In this document: positions 47,793 to 57,729 of the stretch, piece by piece | How positions within the stretch are numbered: the stretch's first letter is position 1 | Layout of the letters: the number at the start of each line of letters is the position of its first letter | Source: Bdellovibrionota bacterium FG-1 | Lineage (GTDB): Bacteria > Bdellovibrionota > UBA1018 | Assembly (NCBI GenBank): GCA_051382295.1 | Contig: JBBCAW010000003.1 | Coordinates: forward strand, 63,351 to 127,350 | DNA: 64,000 bases | Direction of reading: 5' to 3' | Notes under the pieces: generated by a model | Databases searched by the model: none | Seen by the model: only the letters and a program-made list of their open reading frames with translations | Told to the model about the DNA's origin: nothing | Made by a program: the position numbers and the translations under genes

Positions 47793-48296
47793 GTGAGTCT
47801 TAAATGGAATACTCAACTTTGCTCCAGGGGACGTCTTCATTACCTCACCCTGATGGGAGGACTGGTCCTTACCCTCTCCGGGTTTGGAAGCTGCTCCGCA
47901 TCCATTCATGAGATCTGTTCAAGCCGGCTTCCGCAGTTTGAGGTTCAGTTGGGCGCGGCGGTGGCGTCCTTACAGCCCTGGACGGGGTTGCCTAATCGCG
48001 AACTCGCTTCAGAAATGCCTCCAGAAATAGTTTCAACCAATACCATGGCCCAGCAGGACCGTGACGATTGGCAGCGATGGGCTGAAAAACAGCTTATTGA
48101 AAGTCAGCGCTATATTGATTCAGCCATGAGGGAGCTTGGCGACGGCCCTATCCGTCAGATTCTGTCGGACATTGCTAATGATTTGGTCGCTTTTCATGGG
48201 TATTCAGGCCAGGGGCGTGCCGATAAGATGAAAACGACCTTAGAGCGGATTCGAGAGCGCTCCGAGCAGGCACGTGGTCTTGCTTGCGCCCCTTGA
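47793..48296 (+). CDS. Hypothetical exported helical protein
   Basis: Hydrophobic N-terminus, helical acidic/basic body; fills the intergenic gap. Confidence 0.55.
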   Translation: MSLKWNTQLCSRGRLHYLTLMGGLVLTLSGFGSCSASIHEICSSRLPQFEVQLGAAVASLQPWTGLPNRELASEMPPEIVSTNTMAQQDRDDWQRWAEKQLIESQRYIDSAMRELGDGPIRQILSDIANDLVAFHGYSGQGRADKMKTTLERIRERSEQARGLACAP

Positions 48297-48330
48297 TCTG
48301 ATTGCCTTTCAGTCGTAGCATGCCTTCATC

Positions 48331-51006
48331 ATGCGTGAAAAAACCGTTTGTCGTCGTTGTGTCGAACTCCAGAGCTTTTATTCGATGGGGGGCCGCCGTC
48401 CTTTTGTCGTGAGTGGAGCGATGCCCCATTATGCGCCTGACCTGCCCTTCAAGCTGGAGCATTTGCGGCTTGAGGTCCAAGTGGACCCAGTGGCCAAGAC
48501 GCTGGAGGGGACCGCTACTCAGCGAGTCCGCGTGGTAGCTCCGGGGCATGAGTGGCTGAAACTCGACCAAGTCGGACTTCAAGTGAGCGCAGTCCAGGTG
48601 GCCGGCAAAAAGGCGGATTTTTACCTGCAGGGCAATTCGCTGCGGATTCATCTGGGGCCAGAGGGGGGAGCCAAGGTGGGTGAAGTGCTCGAGGTGAGCG
48701 TTCAATATCATCTCCATGATTCACGGCGTGGCCTCTATTTTACGGGTCCAGACGCGGATTACCCCGGAAAACCGCACCAAGTTTGGTCGCAAGGGCAGGA
48801 TGAGGATAGTCGGTATTGGTTTCCTTCTTTTGATTATCCGAATCAGAAGGCGACTTCCGAGGTCATCGCTCGGGTTCCGCAGGGGTACACGGCGGTTTCG
48901 AATGGCGCCTTGTTGAGTAAAAAAGAAGACGGTGCATGGACCGAGTTTCATTACAAACTCAACACTCCGCATGTGAGCTACTTGGTCTGCTTGACTGTTG
49001 CGCAGTTTTCTGGGTGGTCAGACGTGGGGCCCGCTGGCCTGCCGGTTCAATATTTCGTGCGCCCGGGGCGCGAAGAGGACGGGAAACGTGCCTTTGGTAA
49101 TACGCCCGCGATGATTGAGGTCTTTGCTCAAAAAACTAATTTCCCTTTCCCTTACGAAAAATACAGCCAAGTGGCCGTACAGGATTTTATTTTTGGGGGA
49201 ATGGAAAACACCTCAGCCACCACTCAAACCGAAAACACTTTGCATGATGCGCGAGCGCATTTGGATTTCTCGAGTGATCCGCTGGTTTCGCATGAATTAG
49301 CGCATCAATGGTTTGGTGATCTCCTGACCTGCCGAGATTGGTCGCATGGCTGGTTGAACGAAGGATTCGCGACGTTTATGGAGCGCATTTGGATCGAGGC
49401 CAAACCAGGCGAGGGAGGGGGCTGGGACGAGGCTAAGTATTACTCCTATATGGACCTCAAAGAGTACTTGGACGAGGATAGCGGTCGTTATCGCCGGCCT
49501 ATGGTTTGCAATACTTACGTCGAGCCGATCGATCTTTTTGATGCTCATCTTTATCAAAAGGGTGGCCTCGTTTTAAATCTGGTTCGCTCTCTTTTGGGGG
49601 ATGAACTTTTTTGGCAATCGATCCGACTTTATGTCACTCGCCATCAGAGACAAAGCGTCGAAACTCTCGATTTGATTCGAGCGATCGAAGATACGACGGG
49701 TCGAAACCTTCGACGAGTTTTTGATGAATGGGTTTTTGGCGCGGGACATCCTGAGTTTGAACTCTCTTACTCCTGGCATGAAGATAAGAAAACGGCGGAG
49801 GTGGTGATCGAACAGAAGCAGACTTCTGGCGCGCCCACATTGTCGCAGGAGGGCTGGACAGTGCATCTTTTCCATCTGCCCGTGGTGGTTGAGTTGACGC
49901 TGGATGGCGGTAAAAAAGTGACCCATCGGGTGGAGCTGGGAGAGGCGCGTGAGCGGCTCTTTATTTCGGTTGAATCTAAACCGGTGATGGTACGTTTTGA
50001 TCCCGATCATTGGATTCCGAAGACGATCAAGTTTCCTCGTCCCAAAGAAATGCTGATTTATCAGCTTAAAAATGATTCGGATTGTATGGGACGAATTCAG
50101 GCGGCCCGGGAGTTGATCGCCCACGCGGATCGAGAGGTAGTTCAGGCTCTGGGTGAATCCTTGGTGAAGGATTCTTTTTGGGGAGTTCAGGCCGAAGTCG
50201 CGCAAGCGTTGTCGGAAATCCGCATGGACCTTGCGCGCGAAGCCCTCATTGAAGCTTTAGGTGGTTTGGCGCAGGGCAACCCCAAAGCGCGGCGTGCCGT
50301 CGTGCGAGCGCTGGGCACCTTTAAAGACGACAGGACTGCGGCCGCGCTCAAGCCTTTTGCCCAAAGCGATGCCAGCTATTTTGTCGAAGCGGATGCGATC
50401 TATGCCTGGGCATCGGCCCGACTTCGCCCCGTGCCGGTGCCACGGACCACGGATTTGGATGAGGTTGAAGATTTTTTGCTGAAACAACTCGAAAAATCCA
50501 GCTATCGCGAAGTGGTGCGTGTTTATTCGGTTAAGGCTCTTTCGGAGTTGCCGGGAGTCGGGCGTGGAGAAAGACCTCGCGCGCTTTCGGCTCTGATTGA
50601 TTGGAGCCGACGCGGCCGCGAGGAGGACGCGCGAGTGGCGGCGGTGGCGGCCTTGGGCTTAGTGGCCAAGGGTGCCGGGGAGCCGGTGCGCGCGCAAGTA
50701 TTTGAGGTTTTGGATCATCTGGCCGATGAGCCGAGTTTTCGATTGCGGAGCGCTTTGGTTCCGGCACTTCGAACGGCGGGAGGTGCGGCTGCCAGCGCGA
50801 TCCTGTCGAGGATTCATCAATCCGAAACGGATGGGCGCATTAGGCGGAATGCCCAGACGGCCATGGACGTATTGCATTCGGCAGGTTCCACGCCAGAACA
50901 GGTGGGGCAGCTCAAGACGTCATTAGAAAAACTCGAGGAAGAATATCGCAAGCTGCGGTCGCTCGTTGAAGAGGTTAAAAAACCGACGATAGGTTCAAGC
51001 GGCTAA
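48331..51006 (+). CDS. pepN: M1 aminopeptidase with C-terminal HEAT repeats and coiled coil
   Basis: GGMEN, HELAHQW-x-LNEGFA, Y.KG; HEAT-like tail. Confidence 0.92.
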   Translation: MREKTVCRRCVELQSFYSMGGRRPFVVSGAMPHYAPDLPFKLEHLRLEVQVDPVAKTLEGTATQRVRVVAPGHEWLKLDQVGLQVSAVQVAGKKADFYLQGNSLRIHLGPEGGAKVGEVLEVSVQYHLHDSRRGLYFTGPDADYPGKPHQVWSQGQDEDSRYWFPSFDYPNQKATSEVIARVPQGYTAVSNGALLSKKEDGAWTEFHYKLNTPHVSYLVCLTVAQFSGWSDVGPAGLPVQYFVRPGREEDGKRAFGNTPAMIEVFAQKTNFPFPYEKYSQVAVQDFIFGGMENTSATTQTENTLHDARAHLDFSSDPLVSHELAHQWFGDLLTCRDWSHGWLNEGFATFMERIWIEAKPGEGGGWDEAKYYSYMDLKEYLDEDSGRYRRPMVCNTYVEPIDLFDAHLYQKGGLVLNLVRSLLGDELFWQSIRLYVTRHQRQSVETLDLIRAIEDTTGRNLRRVFDEWVFGAGHPEFELSYSWHEDKKTAEVVIEQKQTSGAPTLSQEGWTVHLFHLPVVVELTLDGGKKVTHRVELGEARERLFISVESKPVMVRFDPDHWIPKTIKFPRPKEMLIYQLKNDSDCMGRIQAARELIAHADREVVQALGESLVKDSFWGVQAEVAQALSEIRMDLAREALIEALGGLAQGNPKARRAVVRALGTFKDDRTAAALKPFAQSDASYFVEADAIYAWASARLRPVPVPRTTDLDEVEDFLLKQLEKSSYREVVRVYSVKALSELPGVGRGERPRALSALIDWSRRGREEDARVAAVAALGLVAKGAGEPVRAQVFEVLDHLADEPSFRLRSALVPALRTAGGAAASAILSRIHQSETDGRIRRNAQTAMDVLHSAGSTPEQVGQLKTSLEKLEEEYRKLRSLVEEVKKPTIGSSG

Positions 51007-52773
51007 GGCTAATTCGAAAAGTTCAGGAGTCTGGTCATCGCCAGCCGTCACGCGTTCTCGCGAATAATGTGAAGGAATCCGATCCGCCGCTGCGGCCGTG
51101 ATCAAGAGATCCGTGCCGAACTGATCAGCAAAAGATTGGATTCGCTCGGCGTATTCTACGGCTTCGCCCACGGCAGAGTATTCAGAGCGATTCGGGCTGC
51201 CGATTTGTCCCGCGACAACGGGCCCATAATGGAGGCCCATGGAGAGCGTTGCTTTTGGCCAGCCTGCGCCTTCGAGGGTTTTATTGAGCCGTGTGGCGGC
51301 CTTTCTAATTTTTAGGCATGCGGTCATGATTTGTTCGGGGTCGGTCGCTTGAGGTTCTGGCAGCCCCCAAAAGGCGAGCACCGTATTGCCGCTCATCCGG
51401 TCAATAACCCCACCTTGACCCTCAATCGCATCAGCCGTGGCACGGTTGAATTCGTTGAGCTCCCGTAAAAGCTTTTCCGCATGAGCGACGGGCACGATCT
51501 TTTCGATTCCTTGTAAGTGGGCGGCCAGGAAAAAAGTATTCAGGCGCTCACCCTGGATTGGGATTTCTCCGGCTTCGAGCCGGGCCCGCAGTGCAGGATC
51601 TTTAAATTTGGCAAAAGCACTGGAGGGGTTATTTTCTCGACCCTCGAGGTCCATATCGGGTTCTGGCTCCGGTTCTTTGGGGCGGCTGCGTTGGAGCCCC
51701 TGATCGGTATAGATGGCTTCCAGAAGATCGGCCATTTGGCGGATTTCGTATTCGGTATCATTACTGAGTGGACGGACAAGTCGTTCAGCCCCTTTTTGGA
51801 CACGAATGTCGTCCAATTGTTCGCGAAGGTCTTTAATGGGCGCGCCGACATAACGCCAACAACTCCAATGAGTCCAGGCCCAGGCAAGCGAGATCAAGAC
51901 GAAAGTGAAGAGGATGATTTTTTTTGAGTAGGATCGAAGGGCTGGCCCGATTTGTTCCTGCGAATTTTGGGTAAACACCCATAGCGCCGTGGGGCCCATC
52001 AAAATACGTTGGTAACTAGCCATGAACACGGGGCCCCCAGGCGTCTCGGAGTACTCGACATAGCCACGCGAATGGCCGCTGGTCAGCGCTACGTTCAGTA
52101 GTGGAAGTTTCGAAAGGTCTTCGTCTTGAGAAAAATGTCCGGTTTGGCTCATGGCCACGAGTCGACCCGATGGCCCGACTAAAAAGCTGAGAAACTGGTG
52201 AATTTCTGAAAAGATCGCTAGAATTTTTTGGGGACGCGCTTCGACGACTACGGCGAATTCGAAGCCGTTGGGGCCTTTTTCGCCGTAAGGAACCCCCAGG
52301 CGCATGAACGGCGCCTGATCCTTGGCAACGCCAAAACTCAAACTCGTGCCACCCTGGGCGATTCTATTCAGATCGACTGGCTGGCGAATATCGAGGTTGT
52401 CAAAGGCTTGGGTGGTGAGATGGCCGGGGTCTCTGTCGGGGCGGGTCCATCGAAACAACACGGCCCCTTTGGAGATATGAATGACGCTGAGTCCGAGCAA
52501 CTCTTCATGCCCAGTGAAAAACTTCTGAGAGGACGCTCCAGCCGGATCTTGCACACCGAAAGGCGCAAAAAACAGCGCTCTTTCAGCTAGATCTTTGAGG
52601 TCATCCTGTACGCGAGCGGCCACGAGGGCGTTGGTTTGTTGGACGGATTGCTTGAGTTCATCGCTGAGGCCCCGGGCCAACAGCGCGCGTCCGACTCCGC
52701 CGGCCGCGGCGCCAATCACTAGAACTGAGAGTGCGACAAAAAGATTGAGCTTGCGCCCGAAAGGCATGCGCAT
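50995..52773 (-). CDS. Membrane Cache-like sensor with a degenerate class III nucleotide cyclase domain
   Basis: Two TMs; AFWG.P, MGLHYG.VVAG.IGS..R.EY...G; catalytic Asp/Asn substituted. Confidence 0.8.
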   Translation of the reverse strand: MRMPFGRKLNLFVALSVLVIGAAAGGVGRALLARGLSDELKQSVQQTNALVAARVQDDLKDLAERALFFAPFGVQDPAGASSQKFFTGHEELLGLSVIHISKGAVLFRWTRPDRDPGHLTTQAFDNLDIRQPVDLNRIAQGGTSLSFGVAKDQAPFMRLGVPYGEKGPNGFEFAVVVEARPQKILAIFSEIHQFLSFLVGPSGRLVAMSQTGHFSQDEDLSKLPLLNVALTSGHSRGYVEYSETPGGPVFMASYQRILMGPTALWVFTQNSQEQIGPALRSYSKKIILFTFVLISLAWAWTHWSCWRYVGAPIKDLREQLDDIRVQKGAERLVRPLSNDTEYEIRQMADLLEAIYTDQGLQRSRPKEPEPEPDMDLEGRENNPSSAFAKFKDPALRARLEAGEIPIQGERLNTFFLAAHLQGIEKIVPVAHAEKLLRELNEFNRATADAIEGQGGVIDRMSGNTVLAFWGLPEPQATDPEQIMTACLKIRKAATRLNKTLEGAGWPKATLSMGLHYGPVVAGQIGSPNRSEYSAVGEAVEYAERIQSFADQFGTDLLITAAAADRIPSHYSRERVTAGDDQTPELFELALAA

Positions 52774-52783
52774 ATGTAGCCTA

Positions 52784-52812
52784 TGGATCGGTTAAAAATT
52801 CAAAAAACTTCA
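52784..52812 (-). promoter_or_regulatory. Sigma28-type promoter
   Basis: TGAAG-N15-ACCGATCC shortly before the ATG. Confidence 0.4.
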
Positions 52813-53355
52813 GTTTTTATTGATGGTGAGATCGCGAGTTACGGTTTCGCCACCGTGATATGAAAACTCAACGTGGATGAAATTGTGGCCCGAATTCAGG
52901 GGGATGTAGTCGGTCGAAAATTTTCCATCCTTGGCGTTGGTAAAAACCGTCGCATTGAATGTGTTGGACTTATTGACCACGGAGGCTCGGATCAATTTAC
53001 TCGGATCCGTGTTGGACCCCTTGCCGCAAAGGCTGCCAGCCAGTTTCATTTTCGGTGCAACAACGTCTTCATCCACTCGGTCGGCATCATGGGTTGGGGG
53101 GGCGTCGCACCGTAGCTCAATATTGGCCAAGGAGGGCAAGAGTGAGGCCGGTGCCCGACCGGATTCGGAGGTGGGGCTGGCGGCCATAGGAGAGAGAACG
53201 GCAGGGTTGAACCCTTGTTCATAAAAAAGCTGATACAGAGAGTTAAAGAATATCAGCGAAATGACTGAGAAAATCACGACTTCCACGGGATTGGTGCGAA
53301 AGCGCCTAATCGAAGGGGGCGTGATTGAGCTAAGAGGGGGTCGCTGATTTCCCAT
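52810..53355 (-). CDS. Membrane-anchored hypothetical protein with an Ig-like C-terminus
   Basis: One TM, RAPAS linker, FSTDYIPL..G.N.I.VEF. Confidence 0.7.
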   Translation of the reverse strand: MGNQRPPLSSITPPSIRRFRTNPVEVVIFSVISLIFFNSLYQLFYEQGFNPAVLSPMAASPTSESGRAPASLLPSLANIELRCDAPPTHDADRVDEDVVAPKMKLAGSLCGKGSNTDPSKLIRASVVNKSNTFNATVFTNAKDGKFSTDYIPLNSGHNFIHVEFSYHGGETVTRDLTINKN

Positions 53356-53364
53356 ACAATTGAT

Positions 53365-53392
53365 TTATCGGACGATGGGCTCAGGATCTTGA
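53365..53392 (-). promoter_or_regulatory. Sigma28-type promoter
   Basis: TCAAG-N15-TCCGATAA about 10 nt before the ATG. Confidence 0.6.
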
Positions 53393-53428
53393 CTAAAAAA
53401 AATGCCGAGTGTGCTAGGGTGGGCGGCA

Positions 53429-55543
53429 ATGGACATTCTTGGCCAATCCGCCCTGTTGGTGGGCGTGACGAGTTTTGCCCTGGGGCTCTCAACCCTTTCG
53501 CGGAACGTTAAAAATAAGCTTTATATTGGATTTTCAGCGCTTACGACCCTGATCTCAGGGTGGGGTTTGTGCTTTTTTCTCGAAAAAATATGGTCGGGCG
53601 GAACTTTTTACCGGTGGCACCTGTTTTTTGGTGTTTGGCTGGTTCCGGCCGCTTTGGCCTTTATTCGTCTCATGACCCGCATTGAGGATCGGTTGAGTCG
53701 GCGGCTCCTTGAGATTTCGATTCTTTTGTCGTTGATGTTGACGGCGGCGCTTGGTCTTCATCTGGAGCGAGAGTCCTGGGTTCTCTCCTTCATGTATCTT
53801 TTTCCAGTCTTGGTGGTTTTGCAACTCGTGCAATTGATGTGGATTGATCGACGGTTGAGGCGAGGCCTAAAAAGACTGCCCAAACTGCCGACCGTGGGGT
53901 TTGGCCGCCGTAATTTGATCTACCTCGGGGGCTTAAGTGCCTTAGCGTTTTCGGTCATGGATCATGTGCCTTGGCTGGGAACGGTAGTGCCTTCGATAGG
54001 GAATCTGCTGCTCGTCGTTTATGTGTTTTTTATGAGTCAGGCGATTTCTCAACAGCGTCTTCTCAATTTTGGGGCTTTACTTTCGCGTGTCTTGGTTTTG
54101 GTGGCGGTCGCGTTGACTTTGACGGGCGTTTATTCGTTGCTCGTGGCGTGGATTCAAAACAGTCCTGAGCTGTTTTTCTTGAACTCCTTTATTGCTTCGT
54201 TTTTGATTCTCACTTTGCTCGATCCGCTTCGCTCGCTCGTGCGCTATTTCACTCAACGGTTACTCACGCAAAAGCACCAGCGGCTAGAACAAACTTTGAG
54301 AGAGGCGCAGCGTAAGCTTGTGGGCGTTGTTGATCCTGTCACTCTTTTTCAAGGGGTTTTACTTTTTGTTCAACAAACCATTCAACCGGAGTGGGCCGCG
54401 GTTTTTATTTTAAGAAGTGATGGCACGAAGTACCGCCGTGTGAGGCTGGTGGGTAATGAGGCCGGGGGGGCGGACGGCCGCGCTAAAGCCTTACGCGAGA
54501 TTCTCGCCGATCATCCGATGTTGCATCATTGTGCGGACCTTTATCGCAAAGGGGAACTTCCGGTGCTTTTGGATCAGGTGCTCGAAAATGAAATCGACCG
54601 GTCCGCTAGCCGGGTTCAGCGTGAACAACTGGCGGGTCTGATTCAAGGCCTCAAAGCCTTGGGCGGCAATCTGTTGATTCCTTTTTTTGATTCCGGCCAA
54701 ATTTTGGGTTTCGTCGCTTTGAGCGCGCTTTCTCCGCCTGAACCCTGGGGTAGTAACTGGGGTTTGTTGCCGATTATCTATCCCTATTTTGAACAAGTCG
54801 GCCAAGCTATGCGGAGTCTTGAAGTGTATGTTCGCTCGCGCGAAAAGGAGCGGTTGGCGACCTTGGGCGAAATGGCGGCTGGACTCGCGCACGAGATTCG
54901 CAACCCACTGGGAGCCATCAAGGGCGCCGCCCAGTTTTTGGACCCGGGCGTGGATCGGCCGGAAAGTCATTTTTTAAAAATTATTATTGAGGAGGTCGAT
55001 CGGCTGAACCGCGTGGTGACGCAGTTTTTGGAGTATTCTAAACCTCCCAAACTGGAACTCCAGTCGGTTGATGTGTCGAGCATGGCCGCTAGGACAGTCG
55101 AAATGATGAGGACCGGGTTGCAGGACGTTGGGGCTCCTTCGCTGGTCTTTGCGACTGCGCCCACTCGTTATGGACGGCAAACGCAAGTGCTGGGGGCGCC
55201 TGAGCAGCTTCAACAAGTATTGATTAACTTGATCCAAAACTCGGTCAAGGCGGTGGAGCAAAAGCCTTCGGGAACCGAGAAAGTGATCCGGGTGTCAGTT
55301 GATCGCGAGGGGCAGGGAAAAAACGCGGAGGTGACTTTATCTGTGGAAGATAATGGAGTGGGGATCAAAAAAGAAAACCTCGAAAAGCTGTTTATTCCCT
55401 TTTTTACGACCTCCCCCAGTGGCACGGGGTTGGGGCTTTCGATTTCGCAGAAGATTATAGAGGCTCATCGAGGTAGGATTGAAGTGGCTACTGAAGAAGG
55501 GCGATTTACGAGGTTTTCGTTGGTGTTACCAGCGTTGGAGTAA
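53429..55543 (+). CDS. Multi-TM NtrB-type sensor histidine kinase
   Basis: LGEMAAGLAHEIRNPL, QVLINL..N, DNG.GI, F.PFFTT, GTGLGL. Confidence 0.95.
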   Translation: MDILGQSALLVGVTSFALGLSTLSRNVKNKLYIGFSALTTLISGWGLCFFLEKIWSGGTFYRWHLFFGVWLVPAALAFIRLMTRIEDRLSRRLLEISILLSLMLTAALGLHLERESWVLSFMYLFPVLVVLQLVQLMWIDRRLRRGLKRLPKLPTVGFGRRNLIYLGGLSALAFSVMDHVPWLGTVVPSIGNLLLVVYVFFMSQAISQQRLLNFGALLSRVLVLVAVALTLTGVYSLLVAWIQNSPELFFLNSFIASFLILTLLDPLRSLVRYFTQRLLTQKHQRLEQTLREAQRKLVGVVDPVTLFQGVLLFVQQTIQPEWAAVFILRSDGTKYRRVRLVGNEAGGADGRAKALREILADHPMLHHCADLYRKGELPVLLDQVLENEIDRSASRVQREQLAGLIQGLKALGGNLLIPFFDSGQILGFVALSALSPPEPWGSNWGLLPIIYPYFEQVGQAMRSLEVYVRSREKERLATLGEMAAGLAHEIRNPLGAIKGAAQFLDPGVDRPESHFLKIIIEEVDRLNRVVTQFLEYSKPPKLELQSVDVSSMAARTVEMMRTGLQDVGAPSLVFATAPTRYGRQTQVLGAPEQLQQVLINLIQNSVKAVEQKPSGTEKVIRVSVDREGQGKNAEVTLSVEDNGVGIKKENLEKLFIPFFTTSPSGTGLGLSISQKIIEAHRGRIEVATEEGRFTRFSLVLPALE

Positions 55544-55549
55544 AAGTTG

Positions 55550-56947
55550 ATGCAAAAATCCGTCGGGCGCGTTTTAGTGGTGGATGACGAAAAAAATATT
55601 ACTTTTGTGATTCGCGCAATGCTTGAAAAAAATGGCTACGAGGCCATAGTCTTTAACGATAGTTCCAAGGCTTTGCGTGCGATTGACGTAGCGATGGAAG
55701 CCGAAGATTTGGATCTCGTGATCACTGATCTCTATATGCCAGGGCAAAATGGCATGGAAATTTTGGAACATTGTAAAAAGAACTATCCCCAGTTGCCGGT
55801 GGTGGTGATCACGGCCTTTGGAACGGTAGAGGCGGCGGTTTCGGCTCTCAAGCGGGGCGCTTTCGATTTTGTGACCAAGCCTTTTGATCAAACCGATTTG
55901 CTGGCGGTCGTTCAAAAAGCGGTGGCCACTCATCGGCAAAGTCAAAAAGAACCACCGCCGGTTCACGGGGGTTTTTCAATTGTAGGAGCGAGCCCGCAAA
56001 TTCAAGAGGTTTTTAAGGTCATCAATAAGATCGCGGGTTCTCCTTCGACGGTGCTTATTTTTGGCGAAAGCGGCACGGGCAAGGAGCTCGTGGCCTATGA
56101 AATTCACCGGCACTCGCAAAGAGTGAATAAGCCGTTTATCAAGGTCAACTGCGCCGCGATTCCCTCGACGCTGATTGAAAGCGAGCTTTTTGGTTACGAA
56201 AAGGGCGCTTTTACCGGAGCGGTGGCGTCCAAACCCGGGCGGTTTGAGCTCGCCAACGAGGGGACGCTATTTTTGGACGAAGTGGGGGAGATGCCGCTTG
56301 AAATGCAAGTCAAGCTTTTGAGGGTCCTGCAGGAGCAAGAATTTGAGCGAGTGGGGGGGATTACGACTACCCAAGTGGATGTGCGGATCATCACTGCCAC
56401 TAATCGTAATCTCGAGGAAGAAGTGAAGGCGGGGCGGTTTCGAGAGGATCTTTTTTATCGCTTGAATGTCGTTCCTATTTCTTTGCCGCCTTTGCGGGAT
56501 CGTCGGGAGGATATCGATCGCTTGGTTCAGTTTTTTCTGGGTCAGTTTAATGAGAAACTTGGCAGAAATGTGACGGGAATGACGCCCGAAACGTTGTTAG
56601 CTTTGCGTTCGTTTTCGTGGCCTGGGAATATTCGTCAACTCGAAAACGTGCTCGAGCGGATGATTTTGATGAGCGATGATCCGATGTTGAGAGTTTGTGA
56701 TCTTCCGATTGAGATTGCCGAGGCCGCGGGGATTCGAGCGGATGCTGATGTGGTTCAGACCGGTGAAGGCGGGAGTTTTAAAGAAATCGTGAGAAAGCAA
56801 ACGCAGTCGGTCGAACGGGAGCTGATTGAAAAAGCCCTTGAGGAAACGACGGGAAATGTCACGCGCGCGGCGGAGAAACTCGGCCTTTCACGGAAGGGCC
56901 TGCAGCTCAAGATCAAGGAGCTCGGGCTGAAGCGTCCGATTGAGTAG
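55550..56947 (+). CDS. Sigma54-dependent NtrC/AtoC-family response regulator
   Basis: REC (VVDDE, TD..MP), GESGTGKE, GAFTGA, LFLDE, WPGN.R.L.N, Fis-type HTH. Confidence 0.96.
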   Translation: MQKSVGRVLVVDDEKNITFVIRAMLEKNGYEAIVFNDSSKALRAIDVAMEAEDLDLVITDLYMPGQNGMEILEHCKKNYPQLPVVVITAFGTVEAAVSALKRGAFDFVTKPFDQTDLLAVVQKAVATHRQSQKEPPPVHGGFSIVGASPQIQEVFKVINKIAGSPSTVLIFGESGTGKELVAYEIHRHSQRVNKPFIKVNCAAIPSTLIESELFGYEKGAFTGAVASKPGRFELANEGTLFLDEVGEMPLEMQVKLLRVLQEQEFERVGGITTTQVDVRIITATNRNLEEEVKAGRFREDLFYRLNVVPISLPPLRDRREDIDRLVQFFLGQFNEKLGRNVTGMTPETLLALRSFSWPGNIRQLENVLERMILMSDDPMLRVCDLPIEIAEAAGIRADADVVQTGEGGSFKEIVRKQTQSVERELIEKALEETTGNVTRAAEKLGLSRKGLQLKIKELGLKRPIE

Positions 56948-57701
56948 CGCGAAGGTGAATCCAGAGCCAAATGCCAAATGCTGCAACGGCTAGGCTGACA
57001 TAGTGGGCAAAAGTGAGTCCTAGGTAACGGGTATCTGAGCCTGCTTTGTCCGTGGCCCGAAATAAATCGAGTATGAAGCGCACGGGTGCGTAGAGTAGGG
57101 CCATGGCGACGGTTTGGTAGCCGGCCTTGAGTTTTTTGTGATGAATCCAAAGGGTGGTCGGTAAAAGTACGACCAGGGTGAAAATAAATTCGTAAAAACC
57201 CAAATTGTGGCGTCCGACGCCATCCTGTTCGAAAGCGAGCGCAAAGTTGGTAATCGATCCCGGATGGTCAAATGCAATGGTGCAGCCCAATCTGCCAAAA
57301 ACCCAGCCCAGCACGAGGCCTTGAAGCAAGAGATCGGTATAGATCAAAATACCTTTCTTGAGAGTCGTGCGATAATACCAAAAAAGACCAAGAATGGCCC
57401 CGATAAACCCACCATAGGAGCTAATTCCATCCCAAAATTTTAGCAATTCGAGGGGGCCGTCCTGCATGAGGCGGTCGGTCTGGTAAAAGAACATTTCAAA
57501 AAGATGGGCCCCGATAAAACCAGGCACGACTGCCCAATGAATCATGCCATCGACATGGTCGCGCGGGATTTTGAGTTCCTTGGCTCGTCGATGGACTAAG
57601 GCCGCCCCTGAGATGACGCCCGTGGCGACGAGTAAGCCGAAGGGATGCAGGCTAACGTTGCCGAAAAGATGGAGACTAGGAATCGGGGAGTACGTGATCA
57701 T
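56913..57701 (-). CDS. lgt: Prolipoprotein diacylglyceryl transferase (Lgt-like)
   Basis: G.SSYGGF.G, GRLGC....HPG, RH...YE, Y...RF..D.FR. Confidence 0.8.
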   Translation of the reverse strand: MITYSPIPSLHLFGNVSLHPFGLLVATGVISGAALVHRRAKELKIPRDHVDGMIHWAVVPGFIGAHLFEMFFYQTDRLMQDGPLELLKFWDGISSYGGFIGAILGLFWYYRTTLKKGILIYTDLLLQGLVLGWVFGRLGCTIAFDHPGSITNFALAFEQDGVGRHNLGFYEFIFTLVVLLPTTLWIHHKKLKAGYQTVAMALLYAPVRFILDLFRATDKAGSDTRYLGLTFAHYVSLAVAAFGIWLWIHLRATQSDASARAP

Positions 57702-57729
57702 AGAGTGAGTTCCTCTGAGGTGATTTTTT

